Source of the DNA: Clostridium sp. 26_22
Lineage (GTDB): Bacteria > Bacillota > Clostridia > TANB77 > CAG-508
Length of the DNA stretch: 64,000 nucleotides
Assembly: GCA_001916005.1 (NCBI GenBank)
Contig: MNRP01000037.1
Location: 1,631-65,630, forward strand
Reading direction: 5' to 3'
The notes under the pieces are model-generated. The model saw only the letters and a list, made by a program, of their open reading frames with translations, did not search any database and had not been told where the DNA came from. Shown here one piece after another: positions 9,333 through 19,838 of this stretch. Each line of letters starts with the position of its first letter. Positions within the stretch are counted from its first letter, which is position 1. Position numbers and translations under genes: made by a program.

Positions 9333-11192
9333 ATGAAAACTTTAGAAGAAATTCACCAAATAAGAGAACAAAAAAGAAAAGAATTGGACTTAAGAGTAAA
9401 TATCAAAGCAGATACAAGAGAAAAACATATTTTAGTATGTAGAGGAACGGGTTGTACGTCTTCAAAATCACCAGAGATTATAGAGAATTTTAGAAAGATT
9501 ATAGATGAAAAAGGTATCCAAAATGTAAGAGTTATTCAAACAGGATGCTTTGGTTTATGCGCCAAAGGACCTATTGTTATAATTCGTCCAGAGGATACCT
9601 TTTATGCTATGGTAACTCCAGAGGATTGCAGAGAAATTATAGAAAAACATATAGAAAAAGGTGAAATTGTAGAAAGACTACTTTGCAAAGATGTTGATAA
9701 TACAATGGTTAATCGTTTAGATGAGCTTAATTTCTATAAAAAGCAAAAGCGTATTGCTTTAAAGAATTGTGGTATTATCGATCCAGAACAAATTGATGAG
9801 TACATAGCTTTTGATGGATATAAAGCGCTAGAACAAGTTTTAACATCAATGTCTCCAGATGAAGTAATTAATGAGGTTACTGAATCTGGTTTAAGAGGTC
9901 GTGGAGGAGCTGGTTTCCCAACTGGTAAGAAATGGTTATTTACTAAGCAAGCTGAAGGCGATCAAAAATACGTTGTATGTAATGCTGATGAGGGAGACCC
10001 AGGTGCTTTTATGGATCGTAGTATTTTGGAGGGTGATCCACATAGTGTACTAGAAGCTATGGAGATTGCAGGTTACAGTGTTGGTGCAGATAAAGGATAC
10101 ATTTATGTAAGAGCAGAATATCCTATTGCTGTTCAAAGGCTTAGAGTTGCAATAGATCAAGCAAGAGAATATGGATTACTTGGAAAAAATATTTTTGGTA
10201 CAGATTTTTCTTTTGATATAGAAATTAGATTAGGTGCAGGTGCATTTGTTTGTGGTGAGGAAACAGCACTTCTAGAATCTATAGAAGGAAGAAGAGGTCA
10301 ACCACGTGTTAAACCTCCATATCCTGCAAATTCTGGTTTATGGGGTAAACCAACATTAATTAACAATGTTGAAACATATGCAAATATTACTAGAATTATC
10401 TTAAATGGTGCTAAATGGTATGCAAGTATTGGTACAGAAAAATCTAAAGGAACTAAAGTTTTTGCTTTAGGTGGAAATGTAAATAATATTGGACTTGTAG
10501 AGGTACCAATGGGAACTACTTTAAGAGAAATAGTTTTTGATATAGGTGGAGGAATTCCAAATGGTAGAGAGTTTAAAGCTGCTCAAACTGGTGGTCCTTC
10601 TGGTGGATGTATTCCAAAAGAGCATTTGGATACTCCAATAGATTATGAATCTCTTTCAAATATTGGTTCTATGATGGGTTCTGGTGGACTAATTGTTATG
10701 GATGATTCTAAATGTATGGTTAATATTGCTAAATTCTATTTAGACTTTACAGTTAGTGAGAGCTGTGGTAAATGTACTCCATGTAGAATTGGTACTAAGA
10801 GAATGTTAGAAATATTAGATAGAATGTGTGAAGGTAAAGCTGATGAGGATGATTTATATAAATTAGAGAAATTAGCACTAAATATTAAGAAATCTGCTAT
10901 CTGTGGACTTGGTCAAACAGCTCCAAACCCAGTTTTAAGTACTCTAAAATATTTTAGAGATGAGTATATGGAGCATATTAAATATAAAAAGTGTAGAGCT
11001 GGTCAATGTAAAGCATTAGCAAATATAGAAATTGATCCAGAAAAATGTAAAGGTTGTGGTATTTGTAAAAGAAATTGTCCTGTTAATGCAATTACAGGTG
11101 AGCCAAGACAGCCACATAAAATAGATCCAGATGTTTGTATTAAATGTGGTACTTGTGTTGATAAATGCCCATTTAAAGCTATTATGAACTAG
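9333..11192 (+). CDS. hydB: [FeFe]-hydrogenase NuoF-like NADH/FMN subunit with N-terminal 2Fe-2S and C-terminal 2x[4Fe-4S] domains
   Basis: It has GLRGRGGAGFPTGKKW (FMN/NADH site), ESCGKCTPCR (N3 cluster) and the C-terminal CKGCGICKRNCP / CIKCGTCVDKCP. Confidence 0.9.
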   Translation: MKTLEEIHQIREQKRKELDLRVNIKADTREKHILVCRGTGCTSSKSPEIIENFRKIIDEKGIQNVRVIQTGCFGLCAKGPIVIIRPEDTFYAMVTPEDCREIIEKHIEKGEIVERLLCKDVDNTMVNRLDELNFYKKQKRIALKNCGIIDPEQIDEYIAFDGYKALEQVLTSMSPDEVINEVTESGLRGRGGAGFPTGKKWLFTKQAEGDQKYVVCNADEGDPGAFMDRSILEGDPHSVLEAMEIAGYSVGADKGYIYVRAEYPIAVQRLRVAIDQAREYGLLGKNIFGTDFSFDIEIRLGAGAFVCGEETALLESIEGRRGQPRVKPPYPANSGLWGKPTLINNVETYANITRIILNGAKWYASIGTEKSKGTKVFALGGNVNNIGLVEVPMGTTLREIVFDIGGGIPNGREFKAAQTGGPSGGCIPKEHLDTPIDYESLSNIGSMMGSGGLIVMDDSKCMVNIAKFYLDFTVSESCGKCTPCRIGTKRMLEILDRMCEGKADEDDLYKLEKLALNIKKSAICGLGQTAPNPVLSTLKYFRDEYMEHIKYKKCRAGQCKALANIEIDPEKCKGCGICKRNCPVNAITGEPRQPHKIDPDVCIKCGTCVDKCPFKAIMN

Positions 11193-11252
11193 TAAGACGA
11201 AAAGGCTGTTATAAGAACGAATTTACTAAGTCCAAGTGAAGGGAGAATTAAG

Positions 11253-13004
11253 ATGGAAGAGAATTTAGTAACATTAAAAATTGATGATAAAGAAGTTAAA
11301 GTAAAACAAGGTACAACTATTTTGCAAGCTGCTAAACAAGCTAATATAGATATTCCTACATTATGTTTTTTAAAAGATATTAACGAAGTTGGAGATTGCA
11401 GAATGTGTATTGTAGAAGTTGATGGAAGAAAAGGATTTGCAACTTCTTGTATTCAGAAAGTTGAAGAAGGAATGGTTGTGCATACACATTCACCAGCAGT
11501 TATGGAAGCTAGAAGAGTTATACTAGATTTAATACTTTCTAATCACCATCGTGATTGTTTAACTTGTAGTCGTAATGGTAATTGTGAGTTACAAGCATTA
11601 GCAATGAAATTTAATGTCCAACATGTTGAATTTGAAGGTGAAATGACAGAACATAAAGTAGATGATAAATCACCTGCAATAATGAGAGATTTTAACAAAT
11701 GTATTTTATGTAGAAGATGTGTTGCAGCATGTAAAAATGTACAAGAAATTGGAGCTATAGATTGTATTAATAGAGGTTTTGAATCTTCTATTTCTACAGT
11801 TGGTGACCATAGTTTAAATGATGTTAACTGTACTTTTTGTGGTCAATGTATAGAGGCTTGTCCGACAGGGGCTTTGAAGGAGAAAGAATATATTAAAGAT
11901 GTTTGGAGAAATTTAAAAGATCCAGATATTTATACTGTTGTTCAAACAGCTCCTGCTGTTAGAGTTGCTTTGGGCGAGGAGTTTGATATGCCTATTGGAA
12001 CAAATGCAACAGGGAAAATGGTTTCTGCATTAAAGAGTTTAGGATTTGATAGAGTTTTTGATACAAATACAGGTGCAGATTTAACTATTATGGAAGAGGC
12101 GAATGAATTTATAGATCGTTTTTCTAAACAAGAATGTTTACCAATGATTACATCTTGTAGTCCAGGCTGGGTAAGGTTTGCAGAAAAGAATTATCCAGAT
12201 TTATTAGGACATTTATCAAGCTGTAAATCTCCACATCAAATGTTTGGAGCAATGGTTAAATCATATTATGCCAAAAAATATAATGTGGATCCAAAGAAAA
12301 TATGTATGGTTTCTGTTATGCCTTGTATTGCTAAAAAATATGAGTGTCAAAGAGAAGAGATGGAAGTTGATGGTCTTCGTGATGTTGATTATGTAATTAC
12401 AACAAGAGAATTGTCTAGAATGATAAAACAAGCAAATATTGAGTTTACTCAATTGCAAGATGATGTGTTTGATGAGCCAATGGGAGAAGCTACAGGTGCT
12501 GGCGCTATTTTTGGAACTACAGGTGGTGTTATGGAAGCAGCATTAAGAACTGCAGCAGATACTTTGGAAGGTAAAGACTTACCTCAATTTGAATATGAAG
12601 CTGTAAGAGGTGGTAAAGGTAGAAAAGAAGCAACTGTAGAAATTGCTGGTAAGAAAATTAAAGCAGTTGTAGTAAGTGGTTTAAGTAATGCAAGAAAAAT
12701 AATGGATGAGATAAGAGAAGGAAAAGCAGATTATCAATTTGTAGAAATAATGGCTTGCCCAGGTGGATGTGTAATGGGTGGAGGCCAACCAATAAAGAGT
12801 TCTAAGATAAGAAGTGAAGTTGATGTTAGAAAATTAAGAGCAGACGCTTTATATACAATAGATGAAAAGAGTGTAATAAGAAAATCACACGAAAGTCCAG
12901 TAATGAAGCAAATGTATGAAGAATTTTTACAAAAACCAGGAAGCGAAGTAGCTCATAAATATTTACATACACATTATACAGCTAAAAATATGTATGATAT
13001 CTAG
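11253..13004 (+). CDS. hydA: [FeFe] hydrogenase catalytic subunit (multimeric, bifurcating-type architecture)
   Basis: It has an N-terminal 2Fe-2S domain plus ferredoxin clusters. The H-cluster motifs TSCSPGW, MPCIAKKYE and EIMACPGGCVMGGGQP are present. Confidence 0.92.
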   Translation: MEENLVTLKIDDKEVKVKQGTTILQAAKQANIDIPTLCFLKDINEVGDCRMCIVEVDGRKGFATSCIQKVEEGMVVHTHSPAVMEARRVILDLILSNHHRDCLTCSRNGNCELQALAMKFNVQHVEFEGEMTEHKVDDKSPAIMRDFNKCILCRRCVAACKNVQEIGAIDCINRGFESSISTVGDHSLNDVNCTFCGQCIEACPTGALKEKEYIKDVWRNLKDPDIYTVVQTAPAVRVALGEEFDMPIGTNATGKMVSALKSLGFDRVFDTNTGADLTIMEEANEFIDRFSKQECLPMITSCSPGWVRFAEKNYPDLLGHLSSCKSPHQMFGAMVKSYYAKKYNVDPKKICMVSVMPCIAKKYECQREEMEVDGLRDVDYVITTRELSRMIKQANIEFTQLQDDVFDEPMGEATGAGAIFGTTGGVMEAALRTAADTLEGKDLPQFEYEAVRGGKGRKEATVEIAGKKIKAVVVSGLSNARKIMDEIREGKADYQFVEIMACPGGCVMGGGQPIKSSKIRSEVDVRKLRADALYTIDEKSVIRKSHESPVMKQMYEEFLQKPGSEVAHKYLHTHYTAKNMYDI

Positions 13005-13062
13005 GATTAGCAGGGATTTAGGGGGATTTGGGGACGGTCCTAAAATCCCTGTTTTTCCCTGT
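13005..13062 (+). repeat. GGGATTT-GGGGACG-type dispersed element, copy A (doubles as hydA terminator)
   Basis: AGGGATTTAGGGGGATTTGGGGACGGTCCTAAAATCCCTGTTTTTCCC. The hairpin is GGGATTT/AAATCCC followed by a T run. Related copies lie at 14345-14375 (inverted, partial) and 51201-51236. Confidence 0.6.
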
Positions 13063-13137
13063 TCTATAATAATGAAAAGTGAAAAAAGCTTATTAGTCAA
13101 TAATGTGTTAGCTAAATAGGAATATAAGGAGTAAGAT

Positions 13138-13671
13138 ATGAATACTGAATATGAAATTAGAGTACTAGAAATTGATAAAGAAAAATTAATAAAAAAGCTA
13201 GAAGAATTAGGTGCAGAATTTAAAGGCGATAATGAACAAAAAAGATATGTTTATGACATAATTCCAAAGGAAGATGGTAAATGGATTAGATTAAGAACAA
13301 ATGGAAGAAAAACAACACTTACATATAAAAATGTAGTAAAGACAACAATAGATGGTACAAAAGAATTAGAAGTAGAAGTTTCTGATTTTGAAAAGACAAA
13401 TGAACTATTAGAAAATATGGGAATTAAGAGTAGAGGATATCAAGAAAATAAAAGGACTCAGTATATTTTGAATGGTGTAGAAATAGACATAGATTCATGG
13501 CCAATGATTCCTACTTATGTCGAAATTGAAGGGAAAAATGAAGAAGAGGTAATGAATACGTTAGAAATATTAGAATTGCCAAAAGATAAAGTTACAACTT
13601 TAGATGTTGATAGTGTTTATAAGAAGTATGGAATTGATTTGAAAGATATTAAAGTACTAAAATTTAATTAG
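13138..13671 (+). CDS. CYTH-domain protein (class IV adenylate cyclase / triphosphatase-like)
   Basis: The N-terminal YEIRVLEID strand and the overall about 177-aa beta-barrel pattern are typical of CyaB/CYTH proteins. Confidence 0.65.
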   Translation: MNTEYEIRVLEIDKEKLIKKLEELGAEFKGDNEQKRYVYDIIPKEDGKWIRLRTNGRKTTLTYKNVVKTTIDGTKELEVEVSDFEKTNELLENMGIKSRGYQENKRTQYILNGVEIDIDSWPMIPTYVEIEGKNEEEVMNTLEILELPKDKVTTLDVDSVYKKYGIDLKDIKVLKFN

Positions 13672-13723
13672 AAAATCAAAGAAAAAAATCAATGGAAAGC
13701 TGAAATAAAAGTATTTCAACTTT

Positions 13724-14035
13724 CTATTGATTTAGTTTTTGGCTTATTTCTTGCAATAAATCTATTTTTTTTACTTCTATTGTTAAAGCTATCCAAATTA
13801 TAATAGATGAGGCAATGCTAATTATAGCTATATAAATATATCCAAAGCATAGCATTATAATAGTAGCGATTACCAAGATTCCTATAAGGATTCTTTTAAC
13901 TATTGTTATTGATGTAGAAGATTTATTATTTTCATCTATTATTTTTTCGGTTTCGTAATCATTCAAATCAACACCACATGCTGGGCATTTTTCATCAAAG
14001 TCTGATATCTTTGCTATACAATTAGGACAAATCAT
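13724..14035 (-). CDS. zinc-ribbon membrane protein
   Basis: CPNC...CPACG at the N-terminus, followed by two hydrophobic helices. Confidence 0.5.
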   Translation of the reverse strand: MICPNCIAKISDFDEKCPACGVDLNDYETEKIIDENNKSSTSITIVKRILIGILVIATIIMLCFGYIYIAIISIASSIIIWIALTIEVKKIDLLQEISQKLNQ

Positions 14036-14344
14036 AAGAATATTCCTCCTTTTTTGTATATTTTAATTTATAAAATATCAAATGTAAATAATCTCGAATA
14101 TAAAAAACAATTATTTCATAATTATCTTATTCAACTGACTACTCATCCTAATAGAAAAAAATAAAAAAAATATATATAATAACCAAAACGAAAAATGAAT
14201 AAATAAAAACTTGTCAAAATACAATAAATGAAATAAAATTGTATTGTCAGAAATGATTATAAAATGAGCTATAAAGTTCAAAATCAACATAAAAAATGAA
14301 CTTTAAGCTCTGTACCTGAAGTTCAAAATTCATAAACAAATATA

Positions 14345-14375
14345 GGGAAAAAAGGAACGTCCCCAAATCCCTAAC
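14345..14375 (-). repeat. GGGATTT-GGGGACG-type element, partial inverted copy B
   Basis: The reverse complement reads TTAGGGATTTGGGGACGTTCCTTTTTTCCC. It lacks the AAAATCCC arm. It lies 32 nt upstream of accD. Confidence 0.5.
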
Positions 14376-14406
14376 CTATATTCCTAAAGGAGGAACAAAA
14401 AAGAGC

Positions 14407-15258
14407 ATGGTAATAGACAAAATTAAAAAAGTTAATAACTCGCAAGACGAAAAGCCACATAAAAATACCAAAGCTGCAGATATGTTAGTTGGTAAATGGG
14501 TAAAATGCGATGCATGTAAAGAGATACTATATAAAGATGATGTTCACAAAAATTTTAGTGTATGTCCAAATTGTGGTAAACACTTCAGAATATCAGCAAG
14601 AAGAAGAATAAAGCAAATAATAGATGAAGGAACATTTGTAGAAACATACGAAAATATGCCAGAAACAGACCCTATACATTTTGATGGCTATATAAAGAAG
14701 ATAGAAACATTAAAAGAAAAAACTAAAATACAAGAGGCTGTTACAACTGGATTCGGAGAAATACATGGTAATAAAGTAGTAATAGCTGTAATGGATGGAA
14801 ATTTCTTAATGGGAAGTATGGGAAGTGTTGTAGGAGAAAAAATAACACTTGCTATAGAAGATGCAATAAAAGAGAAATTACCATTTATAATTTTTTGCGT
14901 GTCTGGTGGAGCTAGAATGCAAGAAGGAATGATATCTCTAATGCAAATGGCTAAAACCTCAGCAGCGGTTGCAAAATTAGATGATGCAGGACTATTAAAT
15001 ATTACTGTTTTAACAGACCCAACAACTGGAGGAGTTACAGCGAGTTTTGCAAGTTTAGGAGATATAATTTTAGCAGAGCCTAATGCATTAATTGGTTTTG
15101 CAGGACCAAGAGTTATAGAACAAACAATAAAACAAAAATTACCTGAAGGTTTCCAAAGATCAGAATTTTTATTAGAACATGGTTTTATAGATAAAATAGT
15201 AGAAAGAAAAGACATGAAGAAAACTTTAGCACAAATATTAGAGTTACATAAAAACTAA
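14407..15258 (+). CDS. accD: acetyl-CoA carboxylase carboxyltransferase beta subunit
   Basis: It has the N-terminal Zn ribbon [10 protein letters not shown]...CPNCGKH and the conserved carboxyltransferase core GGARMQEG. Confidence 0.92.
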   Translation: MVIDKIKKVNNSQDEKPHKNTKAADMLVGKWVKCDACKEILYKDDVHKNFSVCPNCGKHFRISARRRIKQIIDEGTFVETYENMPETDPIHFDGYIKKIETLKEKTKIQEAVTTGFGEIHGNKVVIAVMDGNFLMGSMGSVVGEKITLAIEDAIKEKLPFIIFCVSGGARMQEGMISLMQMAKTSAAVAKLDDAGLLNITVLTDPTTGGVTASFASLGDIILAEPNALIGFAGPRVIEQTIKQKLPEGFQRSEFLLEHGFIDKIVERKDMKKTLAQILELHKN

Positions 15259-15266
15259 GAAAGGAG

Positions 15267-16076
15267 ATGAAATTAATGAGTAAAAAAACAGCATGGGATA
15301 TAGTTATGCTTGCAAGAGATGCACAAAGACCAAAAGCAAAGGACTACATAGAAAGTATCGTAGATGATTTCATCGAATTTCATGGTGATAGAGCCTTTGG
15401 AGATGATAAATCTATAATTGGTGGAATTGGTAGAATAAATGGTACAGTAGTTACAGTTATAGGTCAAGAAAAAGGAAGTACTACAAAGGAAAAAATGGAG
15501 AGAAATTTTGGAATGACAAATCCAGAAGGATATAGAAAAGCATTAAGACTTATGAAACAAGCAGAAAAATTTCATAGACCAATAATTACATTTGTAGATA
15601 CTCCAGGAGCATATCCGGGACTAGGAGCAGAAGAAAGAGGTCAAGGAGAAGCAATTGCAAGAAACTTGATGGAAATGTCTAGATTAAAGACACCAATAAT
15701 TTCTATAGTAATTGGTGAAGGATCTAGTGGCGGAGCTTTAGCAATTTGTGTTGGAGATAAAATAGCAATGCTAGAAAATAGTGTATATTCAGTTTTATCA
15801 CCAGAAGGATTTGCAAGTATTTTATATAAAGATGCAAGTAAAAACAAAGAAGCAGCAGAAAAAATGAGAATAACTGCTAAAGATTTAAAAGAATTAGGTA
15901 TAATAGATGATATTATAAAAGAAAAAGATAAACAAGAAGAAAATTTAGAGTTTGTATCATCAGAACTAAAAGAATATATTACAAAGACTCTAAAAAAATT
16001 AACTAAGTTAAAAACTGAGGATTTATTAAATCTTAGGTATGAAAAATATAGAAAAATAGGAAAGATGGAGGAGTAA
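15267..16076 (+). CDS. accA: acetyl-CoA carboxylase carboxyltransferase alpha subunit
   Basis: It has [33 protein letters not shown] and [10 protein letters not shown]. The start may be ATG 15276, after AAAGGAG. Confidence 0.9.
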   Translation: MKLMSKKTAWDIVMLARDAQRPKAKDYIESIVDDFIEFHGDRAFGDDKSIIGGIGRINGTVVTVIGQEKGSTTKEKMERNFGMTNPEGYRKALRLMKQAEKFHRPIITFVDTPGAYPGLGAEERGQGEAIARNLMEMSRLKTPIISIVIGEGSSGGALAICVGDKIAMLENSVYSVLSPEGFASILYKDASKNKEAAEKMRITAKDLKELGIIDDIIKEKDKQEENLEFVSSELKEYITKTLKKLTKLKTEDLLNLRYEKYRKIGKMEE

Positions 16077-16080
16077 GATT

Positions 16081-16851
16081 ATGTTATTAGAAAACAAAAA
16101 ACTAGTATTAATGGGAGTAAGAAACAAATGGAGTATTGCATGGGGAGCAGCTAAATCAGCTCATGACAATGGTGCACAATTAATTTGTACATATAACCCA
16201 GAAGAAGGTTCAGAAAAATTAGCTAAATTATTAGAAGAATTTCCTGGAACAAAATTATATCCATGTGATGCAAGTTCAGATGAAAGTATAAGAGATTGTT
16301 TCGCAGCTATAAAAGCAGATTTTGGAAAAGTAGATGGAATATTACATAGTATAGCACACGCTTTTACAGATGATTTAAGAAATGATTTTATTAATACATC
16401 AAGAGAAGGATATGCTCATGCATGTGATGTAAGTGCATATTCATTAGTAAAAATAGTAAACGAAGCAGTTGCACAAGATGCATTAAATGAAGGAGCAAGC
16501 ATTGTTACATATACATATTATGGATCAGAAAAAGCTGTTGTTGGATATAATGTTATGGGTGTTGCAAAAGCAGCTCTAGAAGCTAGTATTCGTTACTTAG
16601 CACAAGATTTAGGTAAAAAAGGTATGAGAATTAATGGAATTTCTTCAGGACCAATCAAAACATTATCTGCAAAAGGAATTAAAGATTTTGGCTCAATCTT
16701 AGATGTTATAGAAGAAAAAGCTCCAATGCACAAAAATGTTACAATAGAACAAGTTGGAGATACTACAACATTCTTATTTAGTAATATGTCATCTGGAATT
16801 ACAGGTGAAATAATTCATTGTGATAATGGATTCACAACGGTAGGTGTATAA
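16081..16851 (+). CDS. fabI: enoyl-[acyl-carrier-protein] reductase (NADH), FabI type
   Basis: It has the SDR fold with the FabI signatures SIAWGAAKS, ...Y..MGVAKAALE and SSGPIKTLSAKGI. Confidence 0.88.
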   Translation: MLLENKKLVLMGVRNKWSIAWGAAKSAHDNGAQLICTYNPEEGSEKLAKLLEEFPGTKLYPCDASSDESIRDCFAAIKADFGKVDGILHSIAHAFTDDLRNDFINTSREGYAHACDVSAYSLVKIVNEAVAQDALNEGASIVTYTYYGSEKAVVGYNVMGVAKAALEASIRYLAQDLGKKGMRINGISSGPIKTLSAKGIKDFGSILDVIEEKAPMHKNVTIEQVGDTTTFLFSNMSSGITGEIIHCDNGFTTVGV

Positions 16852-16903
16852 TATAAAAAACTACAAGTTCATTCACATAGTACGTGCTTTTCTTATATAT
16901 AAC

Positions 16904-16937
16904 AAAATCCCTTAGACAATAAGTCTGAGGGATTTTT
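16904..16937 (+). terminator. rho-independent terminator after fabI
   Basis: AAAATCCCTTAGAC / GTCTGAGGGATTTT form a 14-bp stem (one GU) followed by a T run. Confidence 0.65.
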
Positions 16938-17017
16938 CTGTAAATATTTTTAAAATTAATATACACTTTAAATCTACATATGATATAATTCTTTAAAATA
17001 TAATTTGGAGAGAAATT

Positions 17018-17350
17018 ATGGTTAATATATTTTTTAAAGTAAATAACGAGTTTTTAATACATAAGTGTGAAAATGATCAAGCAGATAAATATGGAGATTT
17101 TTTAAATTATCCAAAAAGTCACATGGAAATTTGGGATGAATTTTATTATGGTAAATATAATGTCGATTTTGATTTCTTTCCAAGAGGCAGAGTAGTATAC
17201 AATGTAAAAGAAAATTGCTATTATATTTATCATGATAAATGTATTACTGATTTAACAGAAATCTTGAAAAACTATGAAAATGAAGAATATAAAGTTTGTA
17301 CAGATTATCATTATCAATGTCATAAATGTAATTTAAATTATGTAATATAA
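17018..17350 (+). CDS. hypothetical protein
   Basis: A GGAGAG RBS is present. There are Cys/His near the C-terminus (HYQCHKC). No family was recognised. Confidence 0.4.
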   Translation: MVNIFFKVNNEFLIHKCENDQADKYGDFLNYPKSHMEIWDEFYYGKYNVDFDFFPRGRVVYNVKENCYYIYHDKCITDLTEILKNYENEEYKVCTDYHYQCHKCNLNYVI

Positions 17351-17366
17351 GGAGGAATACAAATGA

Positions 17367-17567
17367 ATGAAGAGGGAAAAAGTACTTGATCTAAACTATG
17401 TAAGTGTTTCGATTATACAAAGAAAACTAAGAATAGGATATACAAGAGCTACTAGAATTATAGAAGCAATGGAAGAAAAAGGAATTATTTCTAAGATGCA
17501 AGGAACCAAACCTCGTAAAGTATTAATTTCCAAAGAATATTGGGATATGATAAAAGATAATAAATAG
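17367..17567 (+). CDS. stand-alone FtsK-gamma-like winged-helix protein
   Basis: VSIIQRKLRIGYTRATRIIEAMEEKGIIS matches the FtsK/SpoIIIE gamma (KOPS-binding) domain consensus (QR.FRIGYNRAARIIE.ME..GIV). Confidence 0.65.
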   Translation: MKREKVLDLNYVSVSIIQRKLRIGYTRATRIIEAMEEKGIISKMQGTKPRKVLISKEYWDMIKDNK

Positions 17568-17578
17568 GGGGAATTAAA

Positions 17579-18487
17579 ATGAATATAAAATTAACAAAAA
17601 ACATAGAAGAAGCAAATTGTATAACACATAATGGAACATTCCATTGTGATGAAGTTTTTTCTACAATTATGTTTTCAAAATTATTACCAGAAGTTATTGT
17701 GTGCAGAACTTCAGATTTAGAAAAGGCCAATAGCGATCAATATATATATGATGTTGGTGGAGGAGAATTAGATCATCATCAATTTGGTGGTAATGGAGAA
17801 AGAGATAATGGAGTAAAGTATTCATCTTGCGGTTTGGTTTGGAAAAAATTTGGTAAAGAAATAATAAAAAAATATACAGAAAAAGACATAGATGAAATTT
17901 GGAAAATGATAGACAAAAACTTAATTCAATGTATAGATGCAGGTGATAATGGTCAAATACCAGATATAAATGTAGATTATAGACTTGTACAAGTAGCAAG
18001 TATTATCTCTGAATTTAATCCAAATTGGGATGAAGATATAGACCCAGATGTTAAGTTTGAAGAAGCAGTAAAATTAGCAGAAACAGTATTTGATAATTCA
18101 ATGAAATCTTCAATTTCGAAGATGAGAGCTAAATCAAAAGTAGATATGGCAATTAATGATTCAAAAGATGGAATTATGACCTTGGAAAAATTTTTGCCAT
18201 GGAAAGAGTTTTTATTAGAATCAGATAGTTCTAAAGCTAAATTAATAAATTTTGTTATTTTTCCTTCAAATAGAGGTGGATATAATATTTATACAGTGCC
18301 AGAGAAATTAGGTTCTTTTACAAGTAGGAAATTGTTCCCTAAAGAATGGGCCGGCTTAAAAGATAAGGAATTGCAAAAAGTAACAACAGTAGAAACTGCA
18401 AGATTTTGTCATAATAAATGTTTTATATGTGCTGTAGATACTAAAGATGATGCTTTAAAACTAGCTAAAATAGCAAATAATTTATAA
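17579..18487 (+). CDS. MYG1/UPF0160 family metal-dependent hydrolase
   Basis: It has the N-terminal THNGTFHCDEVF and later the DVGGGELDHHQF motifs. Confidence 0.75.
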   Translation: MNIKLTKNIEEANCITHNGTFHCDEVFSTIMFSKLLPEVIVCRTSDLEKANSDQYIYDVGGGELDHHQFGGNGERDNGVKYSSCGLVWKKFGKEIIKKYTEKDIDEIWKMIDKNLIQCIDAGDNGQIPDINVDYRLVQVASIISEFNPNWDEDIDPDVKFEEAVKLAETVFDNSMKSSISKMRAKSKVDMAINDSKDGIMTLEKFLPWKEFLLESDSSKAKLINFVIFPSNRGGYNIYTVPEKLGSFTSRKLFPKEWAGLKDKELQKVTTVETARFCHNKCFICAVDTKDDALKLAKIANNL

Positions 18488-18650
18488 AAAAGATAAAATA
18501 ATTTATAAAAAAGATAAAATAATATTGCATAATAATAAATAGTATGCTATTAATAATTTGTGTAAAAAATAAATCAAAAGATAAGGCCTAAATTGATATT
18601 TATATTTTTTGCATATAAATATATTTTGTGAATTTAGGGGAGGTGAAAAA

Positions 18651-19775
18651 ATGAAGAGTATAGTAAGAATGGCTTTAATATGTGCTATATTAGTTACATG
18701 TTTATTAATTCCAAATGTTAGCAAAGCTACAACACCAATCAATAGCGAAGAAACATTAAGACAAGCTATTTCTTCTGCTAATTCAGGTGAAACAATTATA
18801 TTATCAGATAATATAACTGTAACAGGACCTATAGTTATAGACAAAGATCTTACTATAGATGGAGCAGGTTATACTGTTACTGGAGCTGATGAATGGACAT
18901 CTATTTCAGGAAATCAAACTATGTTTGCAGCTCAATTAAGTGGTGCAAAACTTACATTAAAGAATATAAACTTAAAAAATGGACCAAAATATGGAGTACA
19001 ATCATATAATGGAGCATCTGTAGTATTAAATAATGTTTCTATAACAGGATTTAATTATGCAGGAATTCTTGTTAATGGTGGAACTCTTGAAATAATTGAT
19101 GTTAATTTAGAAAATAATGGAACAACAAGCAACAAAGGTATAGAATTAGATAGAGGTCAAGATGTTGCTGTAAGTCCATCTTTAGTAATGAATGGTTCAT
19201 TATCTTCAACATCTAAAGACAACATTATTTATGTAGCTGAAAATGCTGGAAATATTAACATAGAGAACAAAACAAGTACATCTAATAAAATTGTTGCAGC
19301 AGGAAATCAAATAGTTTTAACAGATGCAAATAATAACGTATTATCTGTATCTGCATTACCAGAAAATACAACAGTTGCAAGCGGCGAACAAAAAGTTATA
19401 TTAACAATAAATTATGGTGAAAAGACTAAAGATATTTTATTAAATGTAGGACAAGTAGTTTCAGAAGATTCTATTAAAGCACAATTAAATGTAGCTGAAG
19501 GATATGTAATAGATGGTTTCTATACAGATAATCAATATACAGCAAAATTTAATTTTAATAATAAAATTGATGTAAATACTACTTTGTATGCTAAAGTTTC
19601 TGCTGAAGAAAAACAAGAAGAAGTTTCAAATTCAGAAAATACAGTTGAAGAAGAAAATAAAGGAGAGAAAGATGAAACTCCAAAAACAGGTGTAGCAAAT
19701 TACGCAGGAATTGCAGTTTTAGTAATTGCTATATCAGCAGCAACATTATTTGTAATAATAAAAAATAGAATATAA
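18651..19775 (+). CDS. cell-wall-anchored surface protein (beta-helix-like) with sortase-B-type sorting signal
   Basis: GGGGAGGTG RBS, then ATG 18651. It has a signal peptide and repetitive N/G/T-rich beta-helix-like repeats. The C-terminus is TPKTG followed by a hydrophobic helix and KNRI. Confidence 0.65.
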   Translation: MKSIVRMALICAILVTCLLIPNVSKATTPINSEETLRQAISSANSGETIILSDNITVTGPIVIDKDLTIDGAGYTVTGADEWTSISGNQTMFAAQLSGAKLTLKNINLKNGPKYGVQSYNGASVVLNNVSITGFNYAGILVNGGTLEIIDVNLENNGTTSNKGIELDRGQDVAVSPSLVMNGSLSSTSKDNIIYVAENAGNINIENKTSTSNKIVAAGNQIVLTDANNNVLSVSALPENTTVASGEQKVILTINYGEKTKDILLNVGQVVSEDSIKAQLNVAEGYVIDGFYTDNQYTAKFNFNNKIDVNTTLYAKVSAEEKQEEVSNSENTVEEENKGEKDETPKTGVANYAGIAVLVIAISAATLFVIIKNRI

Positions 19776-19838
19776 AATATTAATGGGATAGACTAGACGC
19801 ATTCTGTCTATCCTATATTATATATTTGGAGATGGATT

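Noticed and set aside
14688-15215. Long antisense ORFs overlapping well-supported genes. Examples: 14688-15215 in accD, 3199-3621, 6826-7116, 18503-18844, 38757-39218 and 59215-59706.
   Set aside because: They lie opposite genes with clear motifs. They have low-complexity or hydrophobic, codon-mirror-like sequences and lack RBSs.
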